Below, in pieces: positions 28,687-37,348 of a stretch of 64,000 nucleotides of DNA; positions within the stretch are counted from its first letter, which is position 1, and each line of letters opens with the position of its first letter. The stretch comes from a virus. Where the stretch lies: positions 1-64,000 of IMG/VR virus record IMGVR_UViG_3300036715_002050. One strand, written 5' to 3'. The position numbers were made by a program, and so were the translations under genes. Below the pieces are notes generated by a model that had not been told where the DNA came from, did no database searches, and worked only from the letters and a program-made list of their open reading frames with translations.

Positions 28687-29355
28687 ATGGGACGAAAGAA
28701 AGCAATCAAAGCGGGGCCGGTGCAAGAAAGATTTGCCAAAGCACAGGTCTACAACGACTTGCTGGGTAAGAAGTTGGTATCCGGTGCTGTCGCGGACAGC
28801 CCGGTAGCTGTCCAAGTAGAAGCCGAAATCCAAGCTTTCATCCAAGAGAGGTTGCAAGTGCTAATGGGTGTCAAAGTAGACATGCGTGAGCACCCGGAGT
28901 TGATGGTGACCTTGGCCGAAATCAAGCTAGGAATCAAGGACATCCAAAAGCGCACTGAGCAAGCTTTCAATGCCGAGCAGCAAGTGGCGTTGTCGAAGTT
29001 AGCGGATGCGGTGTTGACAAAGGCGTCGCAGCGTGAGACTATAGAAGCAAGTCAACCGGGCCCACAGGCTGTGCCGCAACAACCACAACAGCAACCGCAG
29101 TGGGTGCAAGGTCAGCTTCAAGATCCGAGTTACATGCAGCAACCCGGCGCGCTGTCGGCAGAACAAATCGCCATTGCACAGTCGATGGGGTTGACACCGG
29201 AGCAAGCGCAAGCTAGACTAGGGCCCGGCGGCCAAGTTCAACCGATGGGTGGAACGAGATTCCGTAGACCGACAGCGCACCAAGAAGAAATCATCGCCAA
29301 CGACAACTTGATGCGTGGCGGAGAAGTCACTTCAGAAATAATCGTAACGAGATAA
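28687..29355 (+). CDS. Hypothetical protein, Gln-rich C-terminal half
   Basis: SD AAGGAG. Confidence 0.7.
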   Translation: MGRKKAIKAGPVQERFAKAQVYNDLLGKKLVSGAVADSPVAVQVEAEIQAFIQERLQVLMGVKVDMREHPELMVTLAEIKLGIKDIQKRTEQAFNAEQQVALSKLADAVLTKASQRETIEASQPGPQAVPQQPQQQPQWVQGQLQDPSYMQQPGALSAEQIAIAQSMGLTPEQAQARLGPGGQVQPMGGTRFRRPTAHQEEIIANDNLMRGGEVTSEIIVTR

Positions 29356-29365
29356 GGAGCTACAC

Positions 29366-29917
29366 ATGAAAAAGAATAAGCCAGCCGCAGTGCCAGTCGT
29401 CAAGAAGGAATCGCTACAAAAGCAGATCGAATTCTTAGGACAGGCGCTTGGTGGACTGTACCAGAACCAGAAGACGTTGTCTGAGCAAGCGGTATCGATG
29501 CAAACCTTTGAAGTCACGGCAACCAAGATCCAGCAGATGTCGCTGTTGACCCAAGCCTGCATCAATCTGTTGGGAAAGGACAAGGTGCTGGCAGAAGCAA
29601 AAGCCATTGAAGCCGAGCACGTCCGTGAAATCACGGAAAAAGCCGAAGCGTTGTTGGCTGCGGAATTAGCTTCGGGTAAGACGGTCCGCTCATCGGTGGT
29701 ATCGCCCGCTTCCACCTTGCGTGTGACTTCAAAGAACGAAGATGGCACGGACGCCCCGGAGTTAGTATCCGTCGATCAGCTAGCTACCGACGTGCAAGAG
29801 TTGTTGGTAGGCAAGGCGGCTGGTGAAGTAGTCCGTGTTGGTCAGCGTGACGTCACTATTGTGGAAATCTTTGACGCTGGTGCAACGCCCGCAGTAACGG
29901 AGATATCGAATGGCTAA
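29366..29917 (+). CDS. Coiled-coil protein with GreA-C/FKBP-like C-terminal domain
   Basis: SD AAGGAG; LLVGKAAGEVVRV...VTIVEI. Confidence 0.5.
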   Translation: MKKNKPAAVPVVKKESLQKQIEFLGQALGGLYQNQKTLSEQAVSMQTFEVTATKIQQMSLLTQACINLLGKDKVLAEAKAIEAEHVREITEKAEALLAAELASGKTVRSSVVSPASTLRVTSKNEDGTDAPELVSVDQLATDVQELLVGKAAGEVVRVGQRDVTIVEIFDAGATPAVTEISNG

Positions 29918-31145
29918 TGACACTGCCGCATTAAAAAAGCTAATCACTGAATTGGCCCGTGCAGCACGCATTAACCCAAACAAGGTGACACGAGCACGTT
30001 TTGTCAAAGCACACCCCGTCCAGTCATGGGACGGGGTGTTGTTTTCTCAAATGTCTGATGACCAATTCAAAAACATCCGTGACCAAGCCATCCCGTTCTT
30101 GGTGACAGAACAAGATGTGGCCGCCGTCAAGGCGAAGCGCGACAACAAAGAGATCAAGATCGACACCGAAGAACAACTTTTCCAAAAAGAGTTGGAAGGC
30201 TCTTTGACTAAGATTTTGCAACGCTTCGGTCCGGTCGTGCCGATCCCGTTAGTCACGCCCCGTATGCCCGAAACTCCGTCTGCTTTTACCGCGAGCTTGG
30301 TTCTGTCTGATTTACACTTCGGCTCTTGCTTCACGGAAGGTACGGGCACGGCTCCATACGGTCGCACAGAAGAGTCGCGTCGTTTGGCGTCGGTGATCAA
30401 GCAAGCCCTAGTAGCTGGGCGAGGTGCCGATAAGTTGGTGTTGCATTTATTGGGTGATTTGATTCCGAATATCATCCACGATAGTGACGGTGACACTTTG
30501 GCAGACCAGTGCTGCTCGGTCATCCATTACATCGTCCAAGCGATTGCGGTGCTATCGTTGGACCTCCCTAGAGTCGAAGTGCATTGTGCCGTAGGAAACC
30601 ATGATCGTTGGCCTCATCAAAAAGACCGCATCATGCGTAACAAGTTCGATTCACTAGGCAGCGTGATTTATTACGGCATCAAAAAAGCCGTCGCCAACTT
30701 GCCCAACGTCGAAATCACGCTGTACAAGACACCGTTCTATAAGATCCCCATCCGTGGGCACCAAGTCTTGTGTACGCACGGCGACACCGTCCTAGATCCC
30801 GGCAATCCCGGCACAGCCATCCAAATCTCCTCCATCGAGAAGCAGTTGGCGCGCTTGACAGAGCTAACGCATGATGTTAAGCTCATCGCCGTTGGTCACG
30901 TACACGTGCCGTCGATGACCGTGTTGTCAAACGGTGCTACGTTTGTGACTAATGGTACGACCATGCCCACGGATCAGTACGCCAATTCGTTGGGGTATCT
31001 GTCCAACAACGCTTCGCAATGGTTGTTCAAGTCAACAGACAAAGAAGTGTGGTCTAACGCTACATTACTAAGAGTGGGACAATCAGATGACCAAAACCAA
31101 GAACTCGACAAAGTTATTCGACCTTACCAAAGTCTCGTTGACTGA
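29910..31145 (+). CDS. Calcineurin-like metallophosphoesterase
   Basis: SDLH, LGD, GNHD, THGD and GHVH motifs. Confidence 0.85.
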   Translation: MANDTAALKKLITELARAARINPNKVTRARFVKAHPVQSWDGVLFSQMSDDQFKNIRDQAIPFLVTEQDVAAVKAKRDNKEIKIDTEEQLFQKELEGSLTKILQRFGPVVPIPLVTPRMPETPSAFTASLVLSDLHFGSCFTEGTGTAPYGRTEESRRLASVIKQALVAGRGADKLVLHLLGDLIPNIIHDSDGDTLADQCCSVIHYIVQAIAVLSLDLPRVEVHCAVGNHDRWPHQKDRIMRNKFDSLGSVIYYGIKKAVANLPNVEITLYKTPFYKIPIRGHQVLCTHGDTVLDPGNPGTAIQISSIEKQLARLTELTHDVKLIAVGHVHVPSMTVLSNGATFVTNGTTMPTDQYANSLGYLSNNASQWLFKSTDKEVWSNATLLRVGQSDDQNQELDKVIRPYQSLVD

Positions 31146-31524
31146 TTTGGACAAGGAAATCCTTGCTGTCGAAGACGATATCACTTCTCACATGTTGTTC
31201 ATCGACGCCCGCACAGCCCTGTTTGGTCAAATCTTTGACCGCAGGGCTGTTTTACATGGATTGATGTTATCCAGCAAAAAGAACTTGATAGGGATGCGGG
31301 AAGCTCCGGTAACGGATTTAGAAACCTACAAGACTGTGGTCAACAATGTTCGGGTGTTTATCAAAGAGGCGACAACTCGGGAAGTAGAAATGGCAAAGCT
31401 GAAAACGGAAATCGAAAAAGCCAAGCAAAATTTGGTGGAATTGCAACGAGAAGTTAAACAGTTAAAGAGCATCAAAGAAGGGTTTGGAAAGGTAATCCAT
31501 GGCAAATTCAAAAGAGCTGACTGA
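31087..31524 (+). CDS. Hypothetical coiled-coil protein
   Basis: Heptad-rich ORF; start uncertain. Confidence 0.6.
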   Translation: MTKTKNSTKLFDLTKVSLTDLDKEILAVEDDITSHMLFIDARTALFGQIFDRRAVLHGLMLSSKKNLIGMREAPVTDLETYKTVVNNVRVFIKEATTREVEMAKLKTEIEKAKQNLVELQREVKQLKSIKEGFGKVIHGKFKRAD

Positions 31525-31725
31525 ACAGGAGCATTACTTGTTAAACAACGATCCAGATTGGATTTGTACCCGGCGCGCTACAGCAATTCACTCGAAAAGT
31601 TAATCCAAGCGTATCCGGATGGGGCGCCCATCAAAGCTATAGCAGAAGCGTTAGGAATCGACCGGGAAGAAGTCAACGAACTGTTACAGCAAATCTTGAT
31701 CAAGATGCGCAGCCAAATGTCATAA
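31499..31725 (+). pseudogene. Sigma-region-4-like HTH gene with a +2 frameshift
   Basis: ATG 31499; removing one GC from GCGCGC (31573-31578) gives 74 aa ...YPDGAPIKAIAEALGIDREEVNELLQQILIKMRS. Confidence 0.65.
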
Positions 31726-31733
31726 GGAGTTAC

Positions 31734-31934
31734 ATGGCTAAGCCCAAGAACCGACCACGAATTTTTGTTTACCACGAACCCATCATCGCCTACAACGTCT
31801 ACCGGGTGGAAGCGCGTACCGCCCAGGAAGCCTTGCGTGCCATCCGCGAAGGTGCTAGGGTTGATGACGTTCAAACAGGCGACCCCGCCGGGACTCCACT
31901 ACGACTTGCTCGTATCGAAGAGTTGGATGAATAA
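31734..31934 (+). CDS. Hypothetical protein
   Basis: SD AAGGAG. Confidence 0.7.
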   Translation: MAKPKNRPRIFVYHEPIIAYNVYRVEARTAQEALRAIREGARVDDVQTGDPAGTPLRLARIEELDE

Positions 31935-31942
31935 GGAGTCCA

Positions 31943-32128
31943 ATGTACTTCTATGTGGTAATTGAAGACGGCGATGTAAACGAAATGTATGAAGTAGAAG
32001 CGGACAGCTCGGCAAACGCGCTGTCCGCTTTTTTAGATGACCCGGAAGAGTACGGGTGCGACTACAACATTTCCATGATGAAGTTAACTGTAGGAACTCC
32101 TTTGAAAACGGTGACAAATGACCAATAA
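31943..32128 (+). CDS. Small acidic hypothetical protein
   Basis: SD AAGGAG. Confidence 0.65.
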   Translation: MYFYVVIEDGDVNEMYEVEADSSANALSAFLDDPEEYGCDYNISMMKLTVGTPLKTVTNDQ

Positions 32129-35100
32129 ATTCCGACAGCTTTGTAACCCGCACCAGCACCCACAGTCCTTGGACACCGCTTCCCCGCTAGAAAAATTCGT
32201 GGACCGCGATATTGAACTTGGGTCGGGAGTTTCCACGATGACGGACCACGGGACCTTGGGTGGTGCCGTGGACTTCTACACTTATTGCAAGAAGAAGGAC
32301 GACAAGAAGAACAAGAAGCCTATTCAACCGGTCATCGGCTTGGAGGGCTACGTGTTCGATCCTGATTGCGATATCTTGCGCGCGGGCGGCATTGATGGTG
32401 AAGAAAACGTTCGCAAGTACAACAAGTATTACCATTTGACGATGCACGCACAAACCGAAAAGGCTTACTTGAAGTTGGTAAGCAAGTTGTCGCATGCGGA
32501 CTTGAACAACTCGGTGTGGGCTGGCCAAGAGAAGAAGCCTTTGTTCACGTGGAAGGACTTGGAAGAATTAGGCCAAGAGGATATGACCTTTTGCTCTAGT
32601 TGTTTGGCTGGTATCTGTGCCAACCACTTGAAGAAGGGGCGCCCCGATCTTGCCGAAGCTTACTACGCCCGCATGCGTTCGGTAGTGAAGCCCGGCAACT
32701 TCTACGTAGAAGTGTTCCCGCACGTTACCACCCACCAGTGGACTGAAGGTTGCTTCGTGACGTTGAAGGACGGGCGTGTATTGCGTTTCCGTGACTCCAA
32801 GCGCTTTGATGTCGGCGGCCAAGAGATCCCGGCGTCGTTGTTGCACCGCTACATCGGCAAGACATTGACCGGCACTTATCACTACCAAAAGATGGAAGCG
32901 TTGGATTATCCATGCGAAATCATATCTGTCAAACTGGTCAAGGATTTCGTTCAGGACGAATGCACGCCCTTCGCTCCCGACGGCGACAATCAATTGTCGT
33001 GCAACCGCGTCATGCTGGAACTAGCGGCCAAGTACGGGGACAAAGTCTTGGTCAGCCTGGACAGCCACTATTCTACAGTGGATTATCGTCGCGTACAGGA
33101 CATTAAGAACTTGCAAGCGGGATGGGGTCCTTTCTTCGGCAACTACCACATCTACTCTTCCGACGAAGCGTTCACTTACTTCTCTTCCAAGATGGGTACG
33201 ACCGAAAAGCAGTACGAAGAGTGGATCGATAACTCCTACGAATGGGCTTCCAAGTTCAAGGATTTCAAGATCACTAAGCGCGACTTGCTACCTCGTTCCC
33301 GTTACCCTCAAGACACGGTCAAACACGTCTACGAACTGATCGAGAAGCACGGTCGCTATGATGGTAGCCCTGAGCAGAAAGAACGTCTAGAACGCGAAAT
33401 CACCCTATTCCACGACAACGGCACCCAAGACCTGTTGCCCTACTTTTTCACGGCAGAAGACTTTTGTGCTTACTATGCTTCCAAAGGATACTTGTCCGGT
33501 CCGGGTCGTGGGTCGGCTGCCGGTGTTCTTTTGTCTTACTTGTTGGAAATCACCCATGTTAACCCACTAAAGCACAATTTGTCTTTGGATCGCTTTATTA
33601 CTTTGGACCGTATTTTGTCAGGGAAGATGCCTGACATCGATACGGACTTCGGTGACGTCAGTGTGTTGACCGCTCCCGGTGGTTACTTGGACACTTTTTT
33701 CAAAGGAAAAGCTGCGCAAATTTCTACAGTAACGACGATGAAGCTCAAGTCTTCCATCCGTGACGTGTTCCGCCAAGTACACAAAGGCGGTATCCCATAC
33801 GAAGTAGACCGACTAGCGTTCGACTTGCCTGATGAGCCCCAAGGTATCAAGTCCTATGACTTCGTCTTTGGGTACGAAGACACTGATGGCAATCACATTG
33901 ATGGAGAGATCGAAACCAATAAAGAGTTGGCGGGCTTGGCTCGTCAATATCCTACGGAATGGGAACTCATTGTCAAGTGCTTAGCGGTCGTGCGCGGAAA
34001 GTCTCGACATGCTTCAGCTTTCGTATTGTCCGAAGACCTGATTGACTCTATCATTCCTTTGACTATCCAAAAGGATGATGACGGAGCCGGTATTGTGACC
34101 CAATACTCCATGACTGGGTGTGAAACCGTTGGTGGATTGAAGTTCGACTTCTTGGGGTTAAAGATGTTGAAAGACATCCAAGACGCCGTTAAGTTGATTC
34201 AGCAACGCAATCCTGTAGCTGATTGGTCACAGAAGTCCATAATCATCGATGGTCTGAAGGTCCAGACGTTCCGGGTGATCCCACACGAAGGCAAACTCTA
34301 CGACATTTACGACTTGCCTTATTCCAAGGAAGTGTTTTTGGAGATTTCTGAAGGCAAGACCGAAACGGTTTTCCAATTGAACACGTCTTCGGCGCGCAAG
34401 TGGCTGAAAGAGTTTGACTATTATCGACCAGACACAGACGTCAAGTTGATTAACGGACTTGACGACGTGGGTATCTTTACAGCTTTGGACCGCCCAGGTC
34501 CTTTGGACGCCAAGATGCGCTCGTCGGATGGTGACGAAATCAACATGTTGCAGGAGTACGCTCGTCGAGTTCGAGGCATTCAGAACCCGGAAGCGATCAA
34601 GATCATGGAAGAACTATTGCCCGAGACGTTCGGGGTAATGGTTACCCAAGAACAGCTACAGCGTTTGTACCAGAACTTGACTGGGTGCAACGGTATCGAA
34701 GCCAACACATTCCGTGACAAGATCGGCAAGAAGAAGATGGAAGAAGTGATGGCGATGAAACCGTACTTCATCAAAAACGCCGAGCCCAAGATCGGGTTGG
34801 CGAATGCGGAAGCTGTGTGGTCGCAAATCGTGACGTGTGGCAACTATTGCATCGATGCAACTCAGCGTCTGTTGACAGATCGTGGCTCTATGTCTATGCT
34901 GGACGTCGTGGCGACCCCAGGGGTGAAGGTCGCTTCGATGGGGTCGCAGGGAATGGAATTCATCGAGCCGGAAGCTAAGTGGTGCAGTGGAGAGAAAGAG
35001 GTACTAGAGGTTGAATTGGAAGACGGAACGATTATTCGTGCTACTGGTGATCACAAGTTCTTATACGAAGGTGGGTGGGTTACATTAAACGACTTAATCT

Positions 35101-35141
35101 CCATTGGTGAAATGGAGATTTCATATGGCATTGAAGATTGA
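32118..35141 (+). CDS. dnaE: DNA polymerase III alpha, N-terminal part, fused to the N-half of a split intein
   Basis: PHP (HQH, TDHG, DSHY), GPGRGSAAG, PDIDTDF, KFDFLGL and VFQL; ends in intein blocks A/B. Confidence 0.95.
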   Translation: MTNKFRQLCNPHQHPQSLDTASPLEKFVDRDIELGSGVSTMTDHGTLGGAVDFYTYCKKKDDKKNKKPIQPVIGLEGYVFDPDCDILRAGGIDGEENVRKYNKYYHLTMHAQTEKAYLKLVSKLSHADLNNSVWAGQEKKPLFTWKDLEELGQEDMTFCSSCLAGICANHLKKGRPDLAEAYYARMRSVVKPGNFYVEVFPHVTTHQWTEGCFVTLKDGRVLRFRDSKRFDVGGQEIPASLLHRYIGKTLTGTYHYQKMEALDYPCEIISVKLVKDFVQDECTPFAPDGDNQLSCNRVMLELAAKYGDKVLVSLDSHYSTVDYRRVQDIKNLQAGWGPFFGNYHIYSSDEAFTYFSSKMGTTEKQYEEWIDNSYEWASKFKDFKITKRDLLPRSRYPQDTVKHVYELIEKHGRYDGSPEQKERLEREITLFHDNGTQDLLPYFFTAEDFCAYYASKGYLSGPGRGSAAGVLLSYLLEITHVNPLKHNLSLDRFITLDRILSGKMPDIDTDFGDVSVLTAPGGYLDTFFKGKAAQISTVTTMKLKSSIRDVFRQVHKGGIPYEVDRLAFDLPDEPQGIKSYDFVFGYEDTDGNHIDGEIETNKELAGLARQYPTEWELIVKCLAVVRGKSRHASAFVLSEDLIDSIIPLTIQKDDDGAGIVTQYSMTGCETVGGLKFDFLGLKMLKDIQDAVKLIQQRNPVADWSQKSIIIDGLKVQTFRVIPHEGKLYDIYDLPYSKEVFLEISEGKTETVFQLNTSSARKWLKEFDYYRPDTDVKLINGLDDVGIFTALDRPGPLDAKMRSSDGDEINMLQEYARRVRGIQNPEAIKIMEELLPETFGVMVTQEQLQRLYQNLTGCNGIEANTFRDKIGKKKMEEVMAMKPYFIKNAEPKIGLANAEAVWSQIVTCGNYCIDATQRLLTDRGSMSMLDVVATPGVKVASMGSQGMEFIEPEAKWCSGEKEVLEVELEDGTIIRATGDHKFLYEGGWVTLNDLISIGEMEISYGIED
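34848..35141 (+). mobile_element. Split intein N-fragment (97 aa)
   Basis: GNY|CIDATQRLLT (Cys1) and block B ELEDGTIIRATGDHKF, then stop. Confidence 0.93.
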
Positions 35142-36186
35142 ATGTGGTTGTGGTCGAGAAGTTACGACTAACACTTGGTTGAATCACGTAAAAAGTTCTA
35201 AGTGCGAACTTCCAGATAAAACGTTTTATCTGGAAGTTCTTTCTTTGGTTAAGAAACACAAAAGAGGCTGGTTAAAGACACTCAAAGGCGAAGCCGTTGC
35301 CGACAGACAGTGGTTTATAAAAGTCTTAAATGGAGTGAATTCTACAGAAGACTTTGTTTTTGACCCGCCACGTCCACTGGGACAAATCAGAAAGTCTTCT
35401 GCCAAAATTAGCTCTGAATTGCGCAAGGGCTCAAAGAATCCGTCGGTAAAATCCAAGAGTTTTAATTTTACCGTAGAACAAGTAAAAGAGCGGGCCAAAC
35501 AACTGTATCAGACAGGGGCTACAGCACGGAGCGTCTTAAAAATTTTAAAGGCAGAGTTTAAAGATTTTCGCTTTTTGATTTCTGACCAGGGTTTAAAAAA
35601 GGCTGTAGATATCGTCTCTTGGTTGACTGGCGTATCCGTTCAGCAATTAAAAGCAGAAGGTATCAAGTACCGAGGGATAAGAATCGCTATTGGCCAGCAA
35701 GCCTCACCCACAATGAAAGAGGTGCGTTCTCGAAACGCGGCTACATTGTTTTCTAAGTGGAAAATCAGTCGCCCCCATTTAGAGTTATACCAAATGATAC
35801 TGTCAGTTGATCCAGAAGCAAAGATGGAACAAAAGTTAAAGGGTACGCATAAATGGTTTTCTTATGATATTTACTCACCCAAACTCAATGCGATGATAGA
35901 GATGCATGGTGCTTTTTGGCACACGGTCCCCGGTCCAAAGACCAAAGGACGCGTTCTTAAAATGATCAAACATAATTTGGTCAATGATGTTTTTAAAGCT
36001 GAGACGGCGATAGAACAAGGGTTTCGTCTAGAGATTTTTTGGGATAAAGATTCGTTACAGTGGGAAGAAAGGATAAAGGCTCTTTATGACAAGCAACCAA
36101 TTAGCTACAAAGAAGCTCAAGATAAAGTCGGTCAAGCAATTGGGTATCCGGCCCGTTTACGATCTGACCGTACCAAAAAATTATAA
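35125..36186 (+). CDS. Free-standing Vsr/DUF559-like homing endonuclease between the intein halves
   Basis: GGAGA SD + ATG 35125; C-terminal YDIY..KLNAMIEMHGAFWH...ND..K...A...GFRL..FW; basic N-terminal region; visibly AT-richer than dnaE. Confidence 0.85.
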   Translation: MALKIECGCGREVTTNTWLNHVKSSKCELPDKTFYLEVLSLVKKHKRGWLKTLKGEAVADRQWFIKVLNGVNSTEDFVFDPPRPLGQIRKSSAKISSELRKGSKNPSVKSKSFNFTVEQVKERAKQLYQTGATARSVLKILKAEFKDFRFLISDQGLKKAVDIVSWLTGVSVQQLKAEGIKYRGIRIAIGQQASPTMKEVRSRNAATLFSKWKISRPHLELYQMILSVDPEAKMEQKLKGTHKWFSYDIYSPKLNAMIEMHGAFWHTVPGPKTKGRVLKMIKHNLVNDVFKAETAIEQGFRLEIFWDKDSLQWEERIKALYDKQPISYKEAQDKVGQAIGYPARLRSDRTKKL

Positions 36187-36220
36187 CTTTGTGTTGGAAA
36201 ATGGAGCGGTAGCTCACAAC
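36086..36220 (+). mobile_element. Split intein C-fragment (45 aa)
   Basis: KIKSVKQLGIRPVYDLTV..NYNFVLENGAVAHN|C: blocks F/G, terminal His-Asn, +1 Cys. Confidence 0.93.
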
Positions 36221-37348
36221 TGTTTCAACTACAGCCACTCGGTTTCTTACGCATATGTGGCGTACGTAGGCGCATTCTTGAAGCACTACTACCCTACGGA
36301 ATGGTGGTGTGCTGTTCTAGCAAACGCCGACAAGACCAAAATCTTTGAAGAACATTGGTCGCATGTGAAGGACATGGTTGTGATGCCTGACATCAACCAA
36401 TCGCAAGATCGTTTCGTGATCCGTCACGACAACAAGATCATTGCTCCGTTGGAGTTCTTGAAAGGCGTGGCGGAGAAGTCCCATGCGGAATTATGTGCCA
36501 ATCGCCCATACAAAGACTTGGACGACTTTTGCCAAAAGATTCAACAGCAAAAAGCAGACACCGCATCGGTAGCGGAAGACGGCAAACCAAAGGCAGGACG
36601 TTCAGCAATCCACATCGGCGTAGTGTCGTCTTTGATTTTGACCGGAGCCATGGATTCGATTATGCCTCCCGGTTTGGACTTGTACGAAAAGTTCGACGCG
36701 TTTGCCGCCGCGCAAGCCCGATCTTTGACCAAGCCTGGCGCCAAGAAGACCAAGAAAGCTAAGCCCATTACGACTTTGGCTGGACTAAGTCCTATTGGTA
36801 TCTATCAAAAGCAAAAGGTGATTTTACCCATCTATACGCAAGACTTGCGCGAGCGTTTGGGAGGGACCGGGATCAAGGAAATCGTCCAGCAGCCAATCCG
36901 CCACTCGTCCGGGCGCGTCACCAACGCTTACTCCTATGAGATCCAGCGTGCCGGTGGTGAACTATTGCAGTTCCATTTTGCCGACGCTAAAGAATTTTTG
37001 TCCATTAACAAGGACCGAACGCGTCAATGTCCAATCAACGCCGCATTGATTGGTTTTGTCATGGAAGATCGTGTGTTTACTTACAAGGACAAAACCACCC
37101 GCAAGCAGAAGTCCGCTTACAAGTTGACGTTCGAAGTTGAAGGGCATATCATGGACTTTGTGAAGTGGGGCAACCCTAAGACCGGCTTGCTAGAAAAGTA
37201 TATTATGAACCGACCAGACGGTACTTCTCTTAAGGGCGCCGTCGTGATACTGTTGCTTCAGAAGTGGAATCCATCACGTGATTTTTCGGCCAACGGCATT
37301 ATTGTTGTCCAAGACCCGCTAGTCTCCAAAAAGGAAGAAGATGAGTAA
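36086..37348 (+). CDS. dnaE: DNA polymerase III alpha, C-terminal part, preceded by the C-half of the split intein
   Basis: CFNYSHSVSYAYVAY..AFLKHYYP, PDINQS, HhH LKGV and a C-terminal OB-like region. Confidence 0.93.
   Translation: MTSNQLATKKLKIKSVKQLGIRPVYDLTVPKNYNFVLENGAVAHNCFNYSHSVSYAYVAYVGAFLKHYYPTEWWCAVLANADKTKIFEEHWSHVKDMVVMPDINQSQDRFVIRHDNKIIAPLEFLKGVAEKSHAELCANRPYKDLDDFCQKIQQQKADTASVAEDGKPKAGRSAIHIGVVSSLILTGAMDSIMPPGLDLYEKFDAFAAAQARSLTKPGAKKTKKAKPITTLAGLSPIGIYQKQKVILPIYTQDLRERLGGTGIKEIVQQPIRHSSGRVTNAYSYEIQRAGGELLQFHFADAKEFLSINKDRTRQCPINAALIGFVMEDRVFTYKDKTTRKQKSAYKLTFEVEGHIMDFVKWGNPKTGLLEKYIMNRPDGTSLKGAVVILLLQKWNPSRDFSANGIIVVQDPLVSKKEEDE

Noticed and set aside
35104-36186. Group I intron or contiguous cis-intein explanation for the dnaE interruption
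   Set aside because: Both flanks carry complete protein-splicing motifs with their own stop and start, the middle ORF has its own SD in another frame, and there is no non-coding room for an intron core
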